Origin: Podarcis cretensis
Lineage: Eukaryota
NCBI GenBank assembly: GCA_951804945.1
Contig: OX638160.1
Span: 10,044,001-10,108,000, forward strand
DNA length: 64,000 nucleotides
Reading direction: 5' to 3'
Shown here in pieces: positions 59,186-64,000 of this stretch. Numbering within the stretch: the stretch's first letter is position 1; every line of letters begins with the position of its first letter. The translations under genes were made by a program, and so were the position numbers. The notes under the pieces were generated by a model. That model saw only the letters and a program-made list of their open reading frames with translations. It was not told the DNA's origin and made no database searches.

Positions 59186-59636
59186 CCCAGACCCCAAGGG
59201 TCATCTAGTCCAACCCCCTGCAATGCCGAAATCTTTTGAACCCACCACCTTAACATGAAAAATTTGCACCCTGAGCAAGAAGTCGTGGTAGCGACGAAAG
59301 CAAAGCCGTCCACACTGGAGGGGGTACCCAATCAGCCACTGCAATAAAACCCCTGCGAGGAGCCTCCAGCTCAAAACTGCTTTGAAAGCGCAACAAATTT
59401 GGCCCCCGCCGGTTCCCTTCCTGCCTGGAACGCTGCGAGGTGCCTGCCAGCCCGTGCCGCCCACACTGGCTCAGACGGACTGAGGGCCTGACTCGCGCGT
59501 AAGGCCGGTTCCCACGTTCCTGCTGAGGAAGAGGCAAGAAGAGCGCCTCTCCGCCGGAAGTCCAACTGCAGTCTCGGAAGCCGAAAGGGACCCCATTCCC
59601 TTCTCCTCCCTGAACTCCCAAAGTTTCTGGAAAGTT

Positions 59637-60307
59637 TTTTTTATATATGTAAGATATTTATTAAGGTTTTCAAAGATAATACATTGTAAAACAAAAAGAA
59701 AGGAAAAACAAAAATACAAAAATACAAAAATACGAAAAATAAAAACAATTTAAAAACACTTAAAGTTTCCATTTACTTATTTCCATTTAACTTATTTTCC
59801 AGACCTCCTCATACCTCCCTTTCTTATATTCTAATTCAATTTGTTTGTTTAGCAAATCCTCACCACTGATTCTTTTAATTATTTCAAAACCTTATTTTCC
59901 ATCTCTTTTATACATTACAGCTGAAAACCACTTAATTTCTATCCAATATCATTCTAACATTCCTTAATTTTACAATATTTCTGCAAATAGTCTTTAAATT
60001 TCTTCCAATCTTCTTCCGCCGCCTCTTCTCCCTGGTCTCGGATTCTGCCGGTCATTTCTGCCAGTCAGTGGCGTAGCATGGGTTGTCAGCACCGGGGGCA
60101 AGGCAAGTAATTTGCGCCCCCTAACCCGTGGATTTGCGCCCCCTAACCCGTGGATTTGCCTAACCCCAGATGTTGCGCCTGGTGCGGCCAGCCCCCCCTG
60201 CACCCCCCACGCTACGCCACTGCTGCCAGTCCCATATAATCGATCATCTTCATCTGCCATTCTTCCAGGGTGGGTAGATCTTGCGTCTTCCAATATTTTG
60301 CGATGAG
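59637..60307 (-). mobile_element. 5'-truncated L1-clade LINE with nested hAT MITE
   Basis: TSD aaagtttctggaaagtt at 59620-59636 and 60308-60324; minus frame [16 protein letters not shown]. Confidence 0.9.
60066..60222. mobile_element. hAT MITE nested in L1
   Basis: TIR cagtggcgtagc/gctacgccactg; 8-bp TSD ctgccagt; internal 22-bp tandem duplication. Confidence 0.92.
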
Positions 60308-60324
60308 AAAGTTTCTGGAAAGTT

Positions 60325-60934
60325 CTCTCGGCGCTCCCCACCCCCCAGCGCCGCCCCCCCCCCCCCCCGCGCCTTGCCCCCCTCTGGGGTTATTCTTTTT
60401 CCCTCCCCCAGCGCCTCTGGCGGCTCCGCGCGTGGACAGCAGGGGTCGCTGCCCCACAGCTCTGGCGCCTCGGCAAGCGCTGCCAGCGCCAGGCGAGCGG
60501 AATGGAGGGCGAGGGCGCAGCAAGAGTGCAGCCAGCGAGCGCCGGGGAGAGAGGGAGAGAGAGAGGCGGCGCGTGCGAAGCTACCGCCTCCCTCGCCTGG
60601 ACCGGCCAGCCTGCCTGCTTTGCCTGCCTGCCTGCCTTGCCAGCCGATCTCTTGGCATCCGCGCGCGCGGAGGCGCTGGCACCACTTCCAGCATGGCCCG
60701 CCGGCAGCTGCAGCCGCCTAGGATGGAGAAGGGTCGCCCCAGGGGCCGAGGGGCGCGGCGATGAAGGGAAGGGGCTTCTCCCCGGCGCTCGGGAGCTATT
60801 AAAGCGGGACTTAAAACTTCACTCTGGAATGACCCTGGAAGTCTGCCTGGGCAAAGCAGCGGGGAAGTCCTGCTGAAGAAAAAAACAACCAAAACCACAC
60901 ACACACACACACACAACAAAAAACAAAAGCCACA
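60325..60934 (+). promoter_or_regulatory. CpG island: probable promoter and non-coding first exon of the downstream gene (likely SCN5A)
   Basis: Dense CpG/GC content; donor-like ACA|GTAAGT at 60935. Gene identity inferred only from the conserved SCN10A-SCN5A tandem order. Confidence 0.6.
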
Positions 60935-61676
60935 GTAAGTTTCCTTTCTTTATCATCATGGGGGTTTGATTTGGGAAGACGGGGGAAGAGGTTTAAAGAA
61001 AAGGGAAAAGAAGTAATTCCTGGGAATGGATCTAAGGAGGAGAAAAGCTTGCGTGGACCCGGGATCTTCTCCTTCCCGCGGATTCTAAAGTTTGCTCTGT
61101 AGGTAACCTAATTATATTTTGCAAGTTAATCCCTCCGTTCTCACGCTGGCGTCATGGTGGGTTTAAGTGGAAAGGGAAGAAATAAGGATTTATTTGTTTT
61201 TTAAAAGATCAAGTCTGAAGCTGAAGTGCTAGAATCAGACTATCCTGATGGGGGTGGGGGCAAAGGGGGCTTAATAAGAATAATAATAAGAGCTGGTTTT
61301 AAACCAGAAATTAAATGAACTGCAAAGTTTGACTTCTGAGCCCAGTGGGCTAAAAAATGAAGCTGTCTGCTTTAAAAAAGAAGAGTTGAGGATTTTAGGA
61401 TGGTTTTAGTGAGACGTCTGTTGGAGGAGGGAACAAGGAACCCGGTTTTCCTCTTGCTGGAATGAGAATGGATGCCTCAATTACCACCGAAAACCTCATG
61501 TTTTATACGTATATTGTTCTAGCTTCCATTTTCCAAAGATCTTTCTTAAAATTTATGGATCAAAAGTTTGGTGATTGTTCACTATTTTTATTCATTTATT
61601 ACACACAAGCACCCCAATTTTCCTATGAAGTAAAGAATGAAAACTATGATGGTGCACTTATGATTACAGTCTTACC

Positions 61677-61680
<4 letters not shown>

Positions 61681-61713
<33 letters not shown>
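61681..61713. repeat. (GT)n microsatellite
   Basis: Direct reading. Confidence 0.9.
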
Positions 61714-61715
<2 letters not shown>

Positions 61716-64000
61716 GAGGGGGGAGGTGAGTAGAGGAGAAGTAAACAGCGGTGGGAATAAAAAACACTTTCAGCTTCCAAAAAGAGTGATGGGGAACCAG
61801 GACTGAAAGTGAACGGTGAAGAACTTATCTTTATAAAACCCAGGCAACAAGTTTGCCTTTGTCCAAAAGGTGTAAGGCAAAAAGGGCTTCTAGTTTATGT
61901 TGACAGAACTTATGAATTTCCTGGGGTATCTTCTTCCTTGCCCTTTATCCCCCCCCCCACCTCTCAGTCATGCTAAAAAAAGAAATCCCTCAAATTCTGG
62001 GGGACCCAGTTTGGCTCACCACAAGAGTGATGAGTAACCGTTCTGAAAGACCGGGCATCCAATGGAATAAACACTGCGTGGTCCAAAGGGAATTTGTCAA
62101 TACTAAAAATAAACAGCCCCCGTGAATGTCTTCAACAGGCTCCTGTCCAGTTTCAACAATATTTCAAGAATGATTAACAGGCTGTGTTGGCGCCTTTGTT
62201 TTTTAAGCACTAGCTCTGTCCAGGGTCCTGAAGTTAGTGGCGCAGACCCGCTCTTCCTTTCCGTAGCATCTGAGTGTGCATTTCTTGATGAGTTCTGGAT
62301 TCTCCTGCTTCGCTTTCCAAGGTGGTGTGACTGACATGGGAAGGGATGGGGCGGGGAGAGAGAGAATGGGGATGTGTTTTCCAACACGTATAGCTGATCC
62401 TTGGTTTTGGCCTGCGAAACCAGGGCAGGTGGAGCTGCAGATGGAACAGGCAGATCCCATAAGCTTTTGGGAGCTAAAAGGTCAGCCCAGCGAGAAAGCC
62501 AGAATGCCTCCATTTTATTCCGAGAGGACAGTGGAGTTTGGCAGGGGGCAGAGGAACTGGGATGTTGAGGATATTTTGCAATTTCTGGGGAACTTATGCT
62601 GGACAGTCATTGGTTGAGATGGGAGGGGAGCAAAACAGAGCTGGCCTTTCCCCTGGCATATTAAGAACGACCTTTGCACCCCTACGTGGTTCCTTCCTTT
62701 ACATTGCTCTCAGCATGCCGCATTTCTTTAGGCAACAGGCTTGACCACGAAGCAGATTTTAAATGCTGGCTTGTGGCAGGAGCCGTGATGTTTTTACATT
62801 TGCACATCAAAAGGTTTCACGTTAAGAAGTTTTGAGTTTATGTAATTCGTTCAACGTGACCGGTCAAAGATAATGCTATGATTAATATTTACACACATGA
62901 CACTGAAGTAAAAGAGACGATTAAATGTGCGCATGGAAAAGCTGCTCTGCTTTTCTGCCTTACTCGCCCTTCCTTTCTGATGCCTGATATTTAGCAAATT
63001 ATTAACAAAGTTGAGTGTCTTCTCCTGGAAGATCTAACGAGCATTTGGGTGAAATTATGGGCAGTGCCAGAACAAGCTGACAGTGAGAAGGACCACCCAA
63101 GGCACCAAGCAGTGCTGAATTTGCTGAGCAAGTGTGCATATATTTGCACGATCCCTTCTGCTCCTGCTAGCAATGGGGAGTGAAAGAAAGTCAGTGAGGT
63201 AGTCAGTGGTAAGGGATTTGCACCAGGGAAGCCTGGGATTATCGGCACCACGCTCTAACCAGCTGAGCTCAAAGCCACACAATGGCCCCTAGTGCTCACC
63301 AGCTTAACATTGGGCCAATACTCATGCCTATTTTCCATTGGGACTGGCAGAGCGGATGGGAGGGAGGCTCAGCCAGAGTCAACTAAATTTAGTTTTGTCC
63401 CCATCTTCCTGTCTCTCGAGTTTTACAAAAGCAGCACTGAGGCTACTAAGGAAGAAGAAGCTGACGGGCAAATCCATCCCCTGAACTGACTGCGAGTAAC
63501 AAGGCAGGCAGGTGACAGCTAGCTGAGGAGAGGCTGAGAAATGTGGGGCAGTGCCCCCCATCCTCCCTAATCGACCAGCCGCTACTGCATAGGGCTCATC
63601 ATACACACACACACACTCAACCAACCTCATGTGCCAGTTGTGAGGATAAAAGGAAGTGGCCCCCTCTGTCTATGTGGGGGGAGGGTGGGGTATGAGCAAT
63701 GTAGAATAAATATATATGGGAAGGGGGCAGCTGCTTCTTTTGGGGAATTGGCACTTATTTCCATCTGTATCTCAGCCCTTGCAAAGAGTTTGCCAAGAGC
63801 ACTAGCAATTTCTGGGTGGGAAGAGTACGATAAACAAGAGAGCTGATTTCTAAATAGCTGTTTGCTGTTTGGCTATGGCGAGACAAAAATCGTCTCCAGG
63901 TGGGGACACTGCCGAAAGAGGTGTTCCTCTTTTTTGTCTTTGAGCCTTTCAGAGACTAATGGGCATGCACGAGCTGGCAGGCTTGTAAATTTGTTTCTGG

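Noticed and set aside
60212-60919. ORFs in the CpG island
   Set aside because: Low-complexity Arg/Pro/Ala/Gly frames typical of CpG islands
1-64000. CRISPR arrays, operons or prokaryotic defence systems
   Set aside because: The window is intron-rich vertebrate DNA; its repeats are microsatellites and transposons, with no repeat-spacer periodicity

Overview
Vertebrate genomic DNA, not prokaryotic. The Sauria SINE, BovB, CR1, L1 and MITE content points to a squamate, most likely a lacertid lizard (inference). The window holds one complete, apparently intact + strand voltage-gated sodium channel alpha-subunit gene. I reconstructed 27 coding exons by hand from ATG 9903 to TAG 50635: 6090 nt, 2029 aa, all splice phases consistent. 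Diagnostic residues ([44 protein letters not shown], a single DI S3-S4 exon) identify it as SCN10A/Nav1.8. About 10 kb downstream, a CpG island with a splice donor is probably the promoter and non-coding first exon of the tandem neighbour (SCN5A, by synteny inference). The most notable observations are inside the channel: Tyr at the DI tetrodotoxin-sensitivity position, D>E in the DIII outer pore, a 12-aa Lys-rich insertion with a glycosylation sequon in DII S3-S4, Asp at the Nav1.7 G856 position, the grasshopper-mouse-like acidic residue in the DII pore-S6 linker, and a shortened uncharged DIV S3-S4 loop. At the genomic level, the family's second AT-AC intron is GT-AG here, there is a GATA/NKX2-5/T-box cluster in the intron matching the mammalian cardiac enhancer, and a nested L1+hAT insertion splits the downstream CpG island. 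Comparisons with other species are from memory of the family and need alignment to confirm.
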